The notes: a model not told the origin generated them from the sequence alone. Counted from the stretch's first letter, positions 12,824 to 27,579 are shown. The stretch is 64,000 nucleotides of DNA from Paramecium tetraurelia (GCA_000165425.1 CT868319.1:1-64000); one strand, 5' to 3'. Numbers and translations are program-made.

Positions 12824-13581
12824 ATGAGCAATATTGATTAACTTTTAAGAAGTCGACCAAAGATTTTAAAAGGGAGCCAAACTTTGATACAGAACAAACC
12901 TACAAATGAGTTTAGTCTTAATTTAGACAAAGCCTTATTTACAATGTAGCCAGCTCCGAGATTGATAGTACCAAAGGAAGTCAATGTGAATAAGTAGAAA
13001 TATGAGGGATAAGTAGATCAAGTTGACATGTATTCATGATTGATTACTAGAACTGAATAAGAGTTTGAGAAACTAATTCCGAAGAAGCAAAAGGATCATC
13101 CCATCACTAATAAGAAAATTGTTAATGATAAATAAGAAATGCCCACTTACATATTGGAGGAAGAGAAGACCAAATAAGTATGTACATCAAATAAATCAGT
13201 TTGTTATGGAAGCATTGAGTGAAGAGTTGGCAAGATTGGATTCAAACACAGAAAATCTATTGAAGACTTTGGATTAAGAAAAGGAGAAGATGGGATTGAT
13301 GAAGCAGTAGAACGATGAGATAGAGCAGCAAGTAAAGATAATGGTTCAAAATAAAAGATTAGAGAATAGGATCTCGTAGTTGGAAGACTAATTGAAGTAA
13401 TTAATTTAGGATAATTTAAAGTGTTCCAAAAGAAATTAAATTAGATCTATTGAATGCTGATTGGAATGTGGCAAATGAGAAAATCGAATAGATGTTTAAA
13501 GAAAATTAAGAGCTATTCAATGAAGCAGATCAAATTGCGCATGAATTCGCTAAATAATAATTGGAATGTGAAAATGATTGA
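12824..13581 (+). CDS. Coiled-coil hypothetical protein
   Basis: MSNIDQLLRSRPKILKGSQ...; short introns near 13030 and 13179; E/Q/K-rich; 3' exon structure uncertain. Confidence 0.65.
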
Positions 13582-13638
13582 TATTTTTATAAATTATATT
13601 TATAAATTTAGTTAACAAGCTCGACGTAGAATTTAAAA

Positions 13639-14109
13639 ATGAATAAACCAATGTAATAAAGTGATGGAGATGAAATATTCATTCATATTTAAAACAACGC
13701 AGATCAATATAACATTCAATCGTCAGATGAAAAAAATTAAAATTAAATTATGATCCCAGATCAAGTCATAGAGGCTAAGACCGCAAATCCAAAACCAATG
13801 ACTTTTGATCAAATTAGATTGGTTTCATCCACATAAGTGAGTGGTGATGGACATGCTAAATCAGTTAGAGTGCAATGTCCATAATGCAAATAAAAAGTAT
13901 TACAATTAGTATCCTAGGTTGATACTGTGATTATTCGTAAACCAGGAACCTAAACATATCTTGCCTCATGTATTCTTTTGCTTTGTTCTTTTGGTTTAGT
14001 CTGCATTTCTTGTTTACCTTGTATCATTGATGATTGTAAGGATGTTCTACATTCTTGTCCTAAATGCAAAATTCCTTTAGGAAAGACATAATTCAAGATT
14101 TTAGATTGA
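13639..14109 (+). CDS. LITAF-domain zinc-ribbon membrane-associated protein
   Basis: VQCPQCKQK...hydrophobic Cys-rich segment...CLPCIIDDCKDVLHSCPKCKIPLG; one 21-nt intron. Confidence 0.9.
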
Positions 14110-14196
14110 TCCATTTATATAGACACTTTATTAAAATTAAATTACAAATTAAAAACTGTTGTTTTTCATTACATATTATTTAAATAAATATTGTAT

Positions 14197-15661
14197 ATGA
14201 AATAATTTCCAATATAATAAGCAAGAAATCTTGTGAATGAGTTCTTTGACTTTGTTGCTAAAGCAGTAAGTCCATTTCACGTCACATCTCTATGTAAAGA
14301 GAGATTGGCCAAGTCAGGATTCACCGAATTGAATGAGACAGAAAATTGGAAATTGGAAAAGGGTGGTAAGTATTTCTTCACAAGAAATCTCACAACTCTT
14401 GTTGCTTTCACTGTTGGCTAAAAGTTTGACCCAAATAATACAGGATTTAAAATCATAGGTGCTCACACAGACAGTCCATGTTTACGATTAGCACCAGTCT
14501 CTAAACTAGATTCTAATGGATTCTTATAAACATGTGTTTCTACTTACGGTGGCGGTTTGTGGCATACTTGGTTTGACAGAGAATTGACATTGGGAGGTCG
14601 AATTGTTTTTAAAAAAGATAATGTTTATTAGAGTTAGTTATTCCATTATCAAAAACCACTATTAAAGATCCCTAATCTGGCTATTCATCTAACAACTGAT
14701 AGAAATAGCTTTGCTCCAAACAGTAAATATTTATATACAAAATTAGATGAATCAAATTTAAGACCTGTGTTTGCCTAAGAAGCCTATCAGACATTGACTG
14801 GAATTGAAAAACCCAGCAGTGAAGGATAAACTAGTTTTGAAAATAAGCACTATAAATATTTGCTTAATTTAATTACAGAATAGACTGGCATCCCAACAGC
14901 CGATATTTTAGATATTGATTTATACTTCTCAGATTGCCAACCACCTTCATATTTTGGCTTAAATCAAGAGTTCATTTCTGCTGCCAGAATTGATAACTTA
15001 TTTTCAAGTTTCTTCTCACTTTTAGCCATTACAAATCCAGAAAGCTTCACAGAGGACTAAGCATTCATTAACATGGTCTGTCTTTATGATCACGAAGAAG
15101 TTGGTTCATAAAGTGCCCAAGGAGCTGATTCTTCATTACTATCCAATAACATGAAGAGGATTTATGATATCCTATCCAATTCTAATTAGGCCTCAACTGA
15201 TAGTTTTTACAAGGCTATTCAAAAGAGTTTCTTGATTTCTTCGGATATGGCTCATTCAATTCATCCAAATTATTCAGACAAGCACCAACAAAATCATAGA
15301 GTCAAGATGAATGAAGGCATTGTTATTAAAGTTAATCATAATCAAAGATATGCTACTGACGGTGTTTCATCAGCAATTCTAAGAGTGATTGCTTAATAGG
15401 CTGATGTCCCAATCTAAGACTTTATTGTTAGAAATGATTCCCCTTGTGGTTCAACAATAGGCCCTTTATAAGGTTTAAATCATATTGATAATTTTAGCTT
15501 CGAATACAGGCATCAAAACTATTGATATTGGAGCAGCCTAGTGGGGCATGCATTCCATTAGAGAAACTGCCGGAGTAGTTGATGGTTATTATTTGGAAAA
15601 ACTATTTGTTGAATTTTTCAAACAATACGAAAAAATAGATCATAAGTTGCTTGGAATTTGA
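14197..15661 (+). CDS. DNPEP: Aspartyl aminopeptidase (M18)
   Basis: [59 protein letters not shown]; two introns. Confidence 0.96.
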
Positions 15662-15773
15662 GTATTATGATTATTGCAATAATAAGAATTCCATATACAT
15701 ACACCTAATTCAAAGATAACGAAAGTTGTTATTTGGGCTATTCTATTTATTCAAAACTTAATTAATAAATCTA

Positions 15774-16037
15774 TGTTTTGTTTGATATTTACTTATAAAA
15801 ATAATATTGAATAGTTCTATTTTTGATCCTCTTCAAATATTTCCAAAGTATTTTAAAGGCTATCTAAATAAGATACATTATTTCCGCATTTAAGATGCTA
15901 TTGGCAGTTTTTAATAGATATTAAGTGGAAATCTGCTAGGATGTCATCAAAGTCAGCCATTAATTTATCTAATAATTAAAGAAATTCATTAATTGCTAAA
16001 ATTGTAAATTACATAAAGAAACGAAATTTAATTTCAT
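15774..16037 (-). other. Short ORF-like segment or gene remnant
   Basis: Frame INEFLQLLDKLMADFDDILADFHLISIKNCQQHLKCG...; no recognisable family; boundaries approximate. Confidence 0.25.
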
Positions 16038-16128
16038 TACTTTATTATTATATTTAATTGAAGAATGAATAATAATGAGAAATTTATAAAAAACCTCACA
16101 TAGCTATATAAATAAAATTATAAACACT

Positions 16129-18675
16129 TCACTTCTTGATATTCATATTATTTTGATGACCTTGTTAGTTATTTTGATTTTGAATATTCTAATTCTTGTT
16201 TTGAAGTTATAATTTGTTTTTGTATTTTTTTTATTTTAGTTAATATTATTTTATTTTTTATTTGTATTTTTATCGATTCAAAATATTTATAAAATTTAAA
16301 GCTATGCTGAATTACTTTTCTGTATTTTCACATTGAAATTTAATTTCAATTTGACTTTTTTCCTCACCAGTATCTTTGATTTAATATAAATTTTTGGGAT
16401 AAATTTGCTATCGAGAGTGTTTTTCAAATGGTTAGTCTTAAATACTATATGTAACATTTGTGTAAAATAAGCATCCTAAAATTCCTAAAAATATATATCC
16501 TGAATAATTATTATAAGCCTCGATGGCAAAAAATATATAAAACACAATTGCATTGGTCAATAATAATTAAGCCAGTTATTATTTCCGTGCTAATTAAACT
16601 TGTGGTAAATATTTTTTACTGTTAATATTCTAAATTTACCAAAAATATGTCAAAAATGAAAATTTATAAGTGTATGTTAATAAATTATTTCGTTAATTAC
16701 ACCATTCTCTTTTGATTACAATAAAAGCTAAGAGTATTATGAGACTTTTATAAACTACAGAATAATCCCAAAGATGTTTTCCATATGAAAATATTAGATT
16801 GAAAAAGGTAGATAAAAATACAGCAAAATCGAATATTTTTTAAATGTTGATTAAACGCATAATTATTGTATTTATTTCTAAAGTCTAAGATAAGGTCCAC
16901 TTCAAAATATATTCTCGATTGTTTTCATCATTTATAGAAAAGCTTTTTTTAAGTTCCAAAGATATGTCATCTTTTTGAATTTTAATTTTACAATTAAGTT
17001 AGCTGTTTATTTAAGAAAAATCTTCTTAAAATTAGAAATCAGAATTGTTGCGGCTTGATTTAAATTCAATTTCATTTAATTCGTTATAATTCAAAACATA
17101 AAATATTTGATCTTTATTTTCCAATTCTATTTTATCTTAGAAGTTGAATATGATAGAAATTAGTATAAATACAAAAACATTGAAAGAATAACAAATAGGG
17201 ATTAGCATTGCTAAAAAAGTATAAAGAGAAGACTATTTTAAAGTATTATAAATCAGCTGGTATGGACTATAAAAAGCAAAAAAAAAACCTAATTAAATTT
17301 TAAATAATTTACAAACTGAAATTGCAAAGTATCCTGATATGAATTAAAGTTTGCAGACAGCATTTTAAAAACTAACCTAAAGGTAGATTTTCCAATTAGA
17401 AGTGATTAATTCATAATTTTGCATTTGATAATGAATGTTCTATCTTGCTTCAACGAAATGATCTATTAATGTCTTTTCTGGTAATTGGTTAATACTTAAA
17501 GTTAATACCGGCTTACTTAAGTGATGCAATTCTAATTATTTTTGTTGTGTTAACATTAACATAGGTAAAATTGAATTTAGTCCCAGCACTCCAATATTTG
17601 TTTTTTAGGCTTTTTATAATAGGGAATAATATTCTACCATCTAATTTGAAATAAGACTCCATTTGTAAATGCATTATAGAGGGTTATGAAATTACTTTAT
17701 TTTAAATTTAGAATGAAAACCAATAATACTTTTAGGAATCTGTATATAATAGGATAATTGTTTCAAACTTTCATCTTCAACTAATAATTGTTCACCCAAT
17801 TAAATACCAAATATTGTTTGCTCTTAACAAAATAGAGAAAAAAGATCTGTGATTCGAAATTTTAATATAAAGTCGCTCTTTAATATCACAACATATTCTG
17901 GATCAATGAAACTCAATATTCCAAGATAAATCCATCGAATTAATTACAATGTGTCAAGTTACATAAAGAAAGAAAAATAATATTCGAATTTGCCATTTTC
18001 ATCTTATTTCTCTAAGAAAAAGGAATGATCTGTAGAAAAGGAGTATTTTATATACATATTAAAGTAATCTTTGTAGATGTCATCTTCCTAAAACAACTAT
18101 TAGAAATGCTTTTTACAATTAATTAATATAATTGGAATTATTTTAAGACCTTTAAAGTAAGATATTGTCTCATTTAGATCATGCTCTGATTCCCCTTAAT
18201 ATATAAGAATAGCCACGTTTGATTTATTAATTTTTTATTGATTAGGATTATCACTTTATTTTTGGGTTTTTTCATCTTTCTCTTCTTCTACTTTCTCTTT
18301 TTTTTCTTTAATCTTAGAATAGTAATTGTAACTTGATAAAATTTTCTTGAAAGTACGTCCTCCAATCAACAAATCACTGAAAGATTGAATAAAATATTTC
18401 TTTTCGTAATTTTCTTCAAATTTATTTACATCTTGATTTTTTTCAAATGTATTTAAATATGTGGTGGTCTCCTCCATAAAAAGTAAACATGCCTCGAACG
18501 TTTTAATTTCCTCTTTTAATTGCTCTTTTCTAGTATCAGAAATATGTTTCACTAATGTAGTTCTCTCATCAGAAAAGGGTTAGGGTATTTAGAATTTACT
18601 CTTATCGTCCTCAACTAATATCATTAAAGGTATCCTGTCATCCTCTTATAATTCAATTAGTAAATATTTAAACAT
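16129..18675 (-). CDS. Multi-pass membrane protein, degenerate chitin-synthase (GT2)-like
   Basis: About 830-aa frame with chitin-synthase-like blocks in the expected order (RWIYLGILSFIDPEYVVIL; GVLFQIRW; LGLNSIL; PEKTLIDHFVEARQNI; LQFISGYFAIS..FFFAFY; RKQQLAQLLLTNAIVF) but no EDR or QRRRW. The CDS is more certain than the family call. Confidence 0.6.
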
Positions 18676-18874
18676 TTATTATAAAAATTTGGAAAATTAT
18701 TTCACCAAATATGAAAGTAGAAAATATATTCTATTACCAAATTTTGATTCTAAGATTATAAAGAAATATTGGGTAACTGAGATATGGTGATTGAAAGCAT
18801 AAATAATTAAAAATGGTTATAATTATTGATTTTACTATTCTAGAAATATTAATCTATTATTTCAAATATAAATG

Positions 18875-19957
18875 TCAGACTTCGAAAAGATCTGTTCTAG
18901 GGAAGGCACTTTTCTCTACATTTCTTAAAGGAAGAAACCAATACTTAATTTCAGGACCAAAGACTTCTTTAAAGTTATCGATAATTCTGGGCTTTCTGAA
19001 AGGGTTCTAATTTAATAAATTTGATGTGAAATACATTGGCTTTTATTTCATTTATGTGGTATTCGACAGTAGTAATGTTTTGGGCAGTATGGTAGATATG
19101 AAATCCCAATAGAAATCCCATAACCAATACTAAGGAAAAGCAGGTTACATCACAAATTGTCAATATAAACTATTAATTTTTGGTCAGTTCCTAAAAGATG
19201 TTAACATAAGCATACTTGTAACACAAGCTTATCATTAACAAATAAATCATAAGAAATAAATAATGTACATTGGATCATGCACAAGAGAGCATAGAAATTG
19301 AATTGGCAGAAATACCTATGATTTTTCAAACCTACACAATTATTAACCCATGGACAATGATGGTCCTAATTAATTAAAATAATTAATAAAACAATTACCA
19401 TTCTCAATATACATTTATTGCATTCTTTACAATGATGAGTTCTGGGTAATTTTATATTATCACATTTAAAACAGTATGAAACTAATTATAATGCTTGAAT
19501 AATATCGCTAGAACCATATAATTAAATTATTTTATTACAATTTCATCATCATGCTCATCGTGCATCTCAATATGGTTTTGCATCCTTCGTTACCTATGCT
19601 TATTAATTTTTTCAGTCATTTTTTTTGTTCTTTATTTAATGTCTTCCAAAGTTCTTTCATGATAATGTTTAGCCTAAGTGTCATAAGAGCAAATACTAAG
19701 TCTTTCGGAGGATATCCAGGCTTGGTATATTGGATCATAATGTAGGCTAAATTCAAGAAGATGAATATGATGGTAAATTCAATTCCAATCAAATAAGTAA
19801 TACTTCCATGCTAATAATGTATTAGTGAAAAACGAATTACTTTATTAAGAAATGCAGGTAGGAAGATAAAAACAAAAGCATAATATTCGCTGAAGATTAT
19901 CCCATAAACAAGTATCACGGCGATGAAATCAGGTAGTTGATGTTACCCCTTTAGCAT
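18875..19957 (-). CDS. DHHC palmitoyl-acyltransferase
   Basis: [25 protein letters not shown](intron)[23 protein letters not shown] motif; NFKEVFG..YWFLP. Confidence 0.95.
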
Positions 19958-20237
19958 TAATTACTATATTTATTTAATTTTAAATTATATATATTCCTTT
20001 TGCAAAATTAGAATTTTCTATGCAATATTCTTGAAATTGTGAGAGTGGTGGAGAAAAAGGGAAGGATATGAGAATTTTATAATGAATCTTTAGTAAATTT
20101 CAATGATTTTAAAATTTGAAAATGAAATAGAATACTTGAAATTACGGAGAATTAAATGGATTATTTAATATATCTTGGTTAAAAGTAATGTAGGATTGAG
20201 ATTGCATATATATATATTATTTAATATTTGAAAAATA

Positions 20238-21726
20238 ATGGAACCTGAATAATTGATAGATTAATTAAATGATATATTGTTGGCAGACCATTTCAGATTT
20301 ATAGAGGTTATAGGAAGAGGCAGTTTTGGTGTAGTAGTGGCTGCGTTTTGTAGTAATCTAGATCGAGTGGTGGCAATAAAAGTTAATTCTCATATTAGAA
20401 TTATAATAGATAACATCGAACGTTGATCAAGAGAACGAAGCCAATTTGCTTAAAGCTTGTTGCCATTATAATATTGTTAAACTTTACAAGGTATGGCATT
20501 TTTTTTCATTATAGGTGTTAGTAGCTAATAATCATCTTTATCTCATAATGGAGAGACTGGTCGGTTTAACTCTGGACAAATTGATGAAACAATCTATATT
20601 GCCAGAATAAAGCGTTAGAAACTACATGACTCAAATTTTAAATGCTTTGGTGTTCCTTCATAGAAAGAATATTATCCATAGAGATCTCAAGCCAGGTTAA
20701 TTTAACCTCTATAATAGAAAATATCTTTATTTGTGAAAATGCATGCGTTAAATTAATAGATCTAGGCTTAGGATAAGAGATTGTGTGTAAAGGATGTGTC
20801 TATTAATCTGTTGGTACACCCTATTTTATTGCCCCAGAAGTCATTTTAGGAAAGGATTAAAGTCAAGTATGTGATTGCTATCACTAATTTAGGCTGTTGA
20901 TATTTTCAGTTTAGGAATTATCTTCTATATGATGATCAACAATTTGTAACATCCATTATGGGATGGACAAATGAGAAAAAGACATTATTACTAATTGATT
21001 TCAAATGAATTTTCAATTAACTTCCCCAAAACTATGCCTGAGTATTCTCTAAATATGATATTTAATAGGATGGCAAAAGATTTTGTGTTGAACACCGTTT
21101 AATTCAGGGCAGAAAACAGGATGACTGCCTCGTAATGCTTAGAACATCCGTGGATAAAAGGAAAAGCAGTTAAAACTCATCCCATGACAACAAGAGAAAT
21201 CATGTTAAGATACAACATTTAATAAAAGCTTTAACATGTAAACCTCATTAATTAATTAGGTAATTAAATCATTGATGTTTATAAAAACTCTTCAATAAAC
21301 ATGCGAAGAAGAGATTCACTACATCAAAACTAACACTTCCCCTTAGAGAGATGAGTAGGAAGAGGATCGAATCTCTCCTGAAAATGACTAGTAGATCACT
21401 GCGAGATTAAGTGTTGAATTAACCAACAAAAAATAAAAATCATTTAAATTGCATGCTATTCCTCTTAAAAAAGTAAGTTCATATAAAGATCTAGTGACTT
21501 TAAGGGAAAAGTAAACAAATCAAAAGAAATATCAATGTATTAACATGTATTTTAATAAGATATGATATCAAGGTTTAGAGAGAAATTGACTATAGGCAAT
21601 CAACTCAACACCAACGGGCATCATAAATTTGATTCTCCAATGAGTCATCGAAAATTAACTACTCTACCTTCAATTAATACTAATAGGTTATAAAGATAAT
21701 CAACTTTTAATTTTAAAATTTTGTGA
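20238..21726 (+). CDS. Ser/Thr protein kinase (CAMK-like)
   Basis: IGRGSFGVV, VAIK, HRDLKP/EN, DLG, GTPYFIAPE, DIFSLG, RMTASQCLEHPWI; about 7 short introns. Confidence 0.92.
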
Positions 21727-21756
21727 AGTGCTTTTTATAAATTATCAAATAAGAAA

Positions 21757-22738
21757 TCAATTTTACTTTAATCTATTCATAATTTCATCTGCTTCTTAAG
21801 CCTTGGTTTCATCATAAGGAATATAATAGTTAGATAATCTGGATTATGGATTGCTCATTGGTTTGCTCTATTCTCTGAAGATGTTTATTGATTTAATGAT
21901 CTCCTCATTATCCATCTCAATTTATTATATCATTTTCTTGATATCATTATTTATAAAGAACAATTCAGTGTTGTCTTATTTCAACAGTTTGAAATTGGCT
22001 TGCATCTTTGCATTCTCTAATTTCAATTTATCGATTTACTATTATAATTCATTATGCTTATGATTATCAACTCGTAAATTTAAATTAGAAATCTCAGAAA
22101 TCAAATTATCCACATTGTTTCTAACTATCTAATATTACTGATAAACTTCCTACGGTTATTATTACACTTAGTTAGTTTATTATATTGTCTTTATGGCAGA
22201 TTTCAACTAGATTGAGGAATCTTCTTTCTTGCTCTATTAGAATGACTGATTCTAACTCTAATCCTCCTTAATTCTAGGAACTTTCGAAATTAATTCTTTG
22301 AATTATTCATCTGAATTGTATATTTTCTCATTTTGAATCAATACTTTACTAATATTCAACTTCAAGGTGTCCAATTTATCCTGTTCATTCAAACTTAACT
22401 AATTTCCTTCTTCTAATCGTTTAATTATTATTTCCAATTATTTTCCATCTTATTCTAATCGTTATTTATTCTTATCAATCATTTATATAATCGTTGTTGA
22501 CTTTCCTTTGTCCAAACACATCTTAAGTATTTCAATTTCTGCCTTAAGCTACAATTTTAATCTTGTTAGAGATTATAGCATTTATTCAAAAATCAATTAT
22601 TTATAACAATAATTAATACTCCTTATTATTACTTCATATGAATTCCAGCATTTTCATAAGACTCACTATCTAATTTGAAAAAATCTCAGATACATATTAA
22701 TCTTAACAGTTGACTAGTCTATTTATTTATTTTCTCAT
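21757..22738 (-). CDS. Coiled-coil hypothetical protein
   Basis: Q/E/K/L-rich ciliate-code frame with short introns; TGA at 21757-21759; start less certain. Confidence 0.6.
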
Positions 22739-22907
22739 TTATTTGTTGGTCTAAGAATCAAAATATAAATATATTTTAATCAAAACTCATAATTCTTATA
22801 TTCAATATTGACATCACGCAATGATAATTTGTATATATAAATGCAATTAATTAAATAACATAAATATATAAATACAAACAAAGAGTAAATGTTTTCAAAG
22901 TTCAATT

Positions 22908-24292
22908 TCAAACTATGCTAATTAAATTGTTCTCGTAGGTTTCCTGAATTTACTAATGAAATTATTTCCTAATGTTTAGACAAAAGGTATAAATATTAGC
23001 AAAAAGAGAGCATAATTAATATAGTAAATATGCTCAAAGATTAAAGTAATCATTAGGCGAGGAACCCCTTTCTCAAACAATTTAATTATGTATCTCTATT
23101 ACTCTTGTATTAAATAACAAAAGAAGTATAATGTTAATTTTATTATGTTGCCTTTGGAGAGCCAAAGTCTCAATGGACTTTTATTAGGTTGTTCAGGTGG
23201 TTGCTCGTAGAGTACAAATAAGTATAAAGGAAAAAAGATTATTGAGATATATTAAACATCTGAAGTTTCAAATTTCTTTTCGTAACTATAATGCCCCTTA
23301 TGAAGACAGGTATCTTGTCTGAGTATCAACTTCTTCCATTCTTCTTTCTCATCTAGTATCTATTAGGAATAGTGTCTAAAGTAACAAATTATCAATGTTA
23401 TCAAGTAAAGTAAGGATAGCATAATACCCAAATTGATATACTTAGCGATTTTGGTACATGTCTTCTCATCTTTAATTCTTTTGGCCTCAACGTAAAGAGA
23501 ATGAATAAATTGTTCTAGTCCACAGTAATAATAAAGGTATAACAGATACATTCCTAAGATCCATCCAAGGATTATTTGATTTAAAAAATGAACTCCAAAA
23601 TATAAACGACCAATTCCAATCAAAAAAATAAATACTCCTAAAAAAAATTAGCATTGCTTAAAACTAATTGGAGAATTCGGATATAACAACTTAAATCTCT
23701 TATTACTAACATAGAAATATAAGATTTTACCATGATATTGACTATTCCGTCTATGTCAGTTAAGATTAATTATCTTTATAAAATTAGTTATCGTCAATAA
23801 GCTATTTTTGATCTGGTTTATACTTTTTGCAAACTATTGTCTCTAAGAGTATCACATAAAACACGAATGGCCTTAAAGAGTGACCACTCGGATCCCCATA
23901 TCCAGTATAGCAAAAATCCAATTTTATTTAATCATCAATGTAGAAAGGTCTTGGTTAAGCAGCTATCATTTTAACCAAATTTCCCAATGATGAGGCCAAA
24001 GCATTCATTGTAAAAATCTTTAAAGCTTGTTCTTTGTTGGTAGCTTTGAACCATATTAGAATTGCTAGGATATTCGTTACAATAGCATCTCCTGCAGTTG
24101 AGAATATCAACAAAAAGTATTCTATAAATATTTTATATGGATACCAAATGTTCCTTACTCTTAACCATATTCAAATTTATTTTATAAAAACTTAGTAATG
24201 CTATTACTAAATTCATAAGTATATTTGCTAAAAAAGACATCCGAAACCAAAATCAGGGTTGCTAAAATTGTTGAAAATGTGACTTTGTTCAT
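22908..24292 (-). CDS. PAP2-superfamily membrane phosphatase
   Basis: KMIAAQPRPF, GDPSGHS, IGRLYFGVHFLNQIILGW; multiple TM segments. Confidence 0.9.
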
Positions 24293-24838
24293 AAAAAAGG
24301 TATATTTAATATTAAATTTAGAAGTCTAAGTGAATGAAATTTAAAATTCCATTCCGATATTCCTAAAATAATAATTCCAGAATTCCCAAAAATATTCATA
24401 TATATTTATTTAAGTATTTAAATATTTCTAAATAATGAAATCAATTAAATTGTAGTTTTTAATTATTTTTATAATCATATAAATTCAATTTGAGTATCTA
24501 AACATAAATTAATTTTGAACAAGTTTTAAAAATCCCTATCAATAAATTTTATAAATTTAATTGAATATAACAAATTTACAATATTATTTTATTAATCTTA
24601 TAAAAAATATTGAAGTGAAAAAACTACGATTGGATTACCAAAATAACAAGCAATTTAACTTTGTTTATCTTCAGAAAGTTAGATTTCCCATAATATCATA
24701 TTAGAAGCTTATTGTAACTTTACCTCATTGCTGATCTATTTGTAAATCATTAGATTTATAAAGAATAAAAATAACAATTAGATGAAATAGCCCTATGGAA
24801 CATTAAGTTGACTTTATAATATATTGTTATTAATTTAA

Positions 24839-26340
24839 TCATTTAAGTTCATAGCATTTTTTGATTTCACTTTAAATAGTTTGCAACATTTATTTTTTCA
24901 GAATTTAAATGCTTTATTAATCAAATTAGTTTAATTAAACAACTTTCACTTTGTTTTGATTTAATTCACTATTTATTATTGCAGAAATTTCAGTTAAATG
25001 TTCTGACAAAGTAACCAATATAATAACAGTAGGTAAAATTAGTTCTATTAATTACTGGGATATTAATACTATGTTATAGAAACTATTTAAAATTATCGAT
25101 GTCATTAATTTAATCTAAAATTAAGATTATGCCAACAGTGAAATCAGGTTTGAAGATTTCTGTTTGTTTAATTATTTCAAAACAGCAAGGAGTTAATTAA
25201 AAGTTATCTTGTAATTCAATATATTTAGAACATTTTGAATAATCTTCGCAGATCTATTGAATCCCATTTTATTAGTTTGAAATTATAAAACTAGTCAATA
25301 TAGAAAAGGAGAAATTACAAATCTTTATTTTATTAATTGAGTTTTCCACCAAACCCATACAATGAGGCTGTATTTTATTTATTATATTGAATTAGAATGG
25401 ATCCTATAATAATAAGAAACTATTAAAATATATTTAATTGGTTGTGAGATTTAACATGCATATTCATGGAACTTTTGCTAAATTCCATGAAAATTAAAAT
25501 TTAAATTTGTTTACTTTAAAGCCAAGAATAAAAATTTAATTCATGCTTAATCTGACATGACAATAATTTTAAATGTCCACAGTTTTTCTAAAATTTATAA
25601 TCAGAGTTACATGTTCTGGATTAATTAACGCAAATTGTTTACTTGGAGATAACATAATATCATGATATGATAATTCAATAAACCCAATAAATTTGTGTTT
25701 TGGAGGATTCTTTTACGAGTGATCCCAACATTCAATTTTAAAGTTTTTGTAATCATCATAGAAATTTAAAAGGCCCATGTCAATTGAAAATGGAACCCAA
25801 GTAGGATTTAAATTATCTTCAATAAATTCAGTTACATAAGCAAGTTTCCATTCATCATCATCCCATTAAAAAAACTGCAAAAAAGGGTCTGATTTGTTGA
25901 AAATTCCATCTGTATTTAATAGCTTTTCTCCAGCCCAATGTTGGAACAATAGAGTTCCTTTTTGTAACAAATTTGCCTCTAGCTTTATAGTAAAGTGATT
26001 ATTTGTTTTGATTTAAGTGCCATTTTTTATTAATTCTCCCAATTAAAACTATTATCCTAATATAGATGAATACTTAAATGTAGCCAATAGATTTATCCTC
26101 ATCTACACTTATATCGAGACGATAGCTTTAGTACTTATGAAATTCGAATACTGCGTTGTAACTAGTTATCCATTAATCATCTTATTTATTCATGAGTATT
26201 GACTGATTTTTTATTTTATATATTTATTCATTTGAATCCTTATATGATAATTGGACTTCAACTTATTTAGGTTAGAGTTCTTTGATGCTAAGTTGAACTT
26301 CAATCTTGACGTTCTTAAATTTATAATCTTAGATTTGCAT
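24839..26340 (-). CDS. Divergent copine (C2-C2-VWA)
   Basis: C2B LLNTDGIFNKSDPFLQF..VTEFIEDNLNPTWVPF..KIECWDH..KFIG; VWA-like IFMEFSKS, LYGFGGK; three introns. Confidence 0.8.
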
Positions 26341-26523
26341 AATAATAATTATAATATTAATAAACGATTATCAATTGTCTCTAATTTAAATAAGCTATTA
26401 GAAATTGATCGAAGAAACAATGAAAATTAGTATGATATTAGTAAGATGAGAATAATATATATCTCCCACATAGATAAATAATAAAATACTTGGTTACTTA
26501 GTAATTTCAATATCTATTATTAT

Positions 26524-27579
26524 TCAAATCCATGCAAGTTGCTTATATCCACAAGGCTAAGAATTATTATAGTGAAGAGATTGTTTGTAATTCATAGAGT
26601 TTAAGAATTGTTGATATTCTTACTCTGTATTCTTCCTATTGAAATAATCTATTTAATTTTAATAAAGCCTTTGAGGATTGAGCAATTACGACTTTAAGGG
26701 TTCTTCCAGTTTGAAAATTCTAAATTCAATGAACACAATTTAATTAGGATTAACTTAAGTTCTTTTAAACATTTATTTTTGTTCAATTCTACACTTATAT
26801 TATGCACCCTCATAAGTATTGATATATTGATCAAAGTGTGACACCCCTGAGAGTGAACTCAAAGTAACATCACACCATAATTTTAAGGATGTTCCTACAT
26901 CAAAAATGGATGGTAGAGTTTTAGTTTCATGAAGATGATGTGAAACCATTTCTCTAGTTACGCCCATGAGAGCGTAAAATTATTCATTAACTATTCTTTA
27001 CGATAATGAACTATTGTCTTTGTTTACTTTTTGGATTATACAGTGATATGGGTAACCTTAAGCTAATTGTTCTACTTCTAACAATTCTTCATTTGAAATG
27101 TAATAATGTTGAGTATACTCATTGAGGATATTGAATCTTTGATGTACTAATTCAACTGCTAATTAAGCATATTGATCTTCTTATTTTAGTAGTAGATTAA
27201 CTATCTAATCAATTGAGTAGTTAGGTTGATCAAGTAGTTCGAGAGTGTAAAAATACACATCATCTAGTTGATCGGTTCGCGTTACTCTATAATTGTAAGT
27301 GCAGGGTGTTTCTTTAAGATTGCCTAAACAATGTTCAGGAATATAATTGATAGCTAATTTAAGTTCCACTTCTGATTTTATGTAAACACGTTCTTTCAAC
27401 TATTTTGGCACTGAAACTATACAAATTAATTGTTTGGTTGAGTTATGCTTGAGATTTTGTTTTCCTAATTGATTACATGGATATAAATAATTACTCCTTT
27501 TGTTAACACTCTTCGAATAATTTGAAAGACTTGTGGACTCATCATGCATGCTTACTCGTTATTTGACTATTTTACTCAT
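26524..27579 (-). CDS. Hypothetical protein, possible PAS-like C-terminal half
   Basis: 352-codon open frame MSKIVKQRVSMHDES...; IVNEQFYALMGVTREMV resembles the PAS N..F..L.G...E pattern. Confidence 0.7.
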
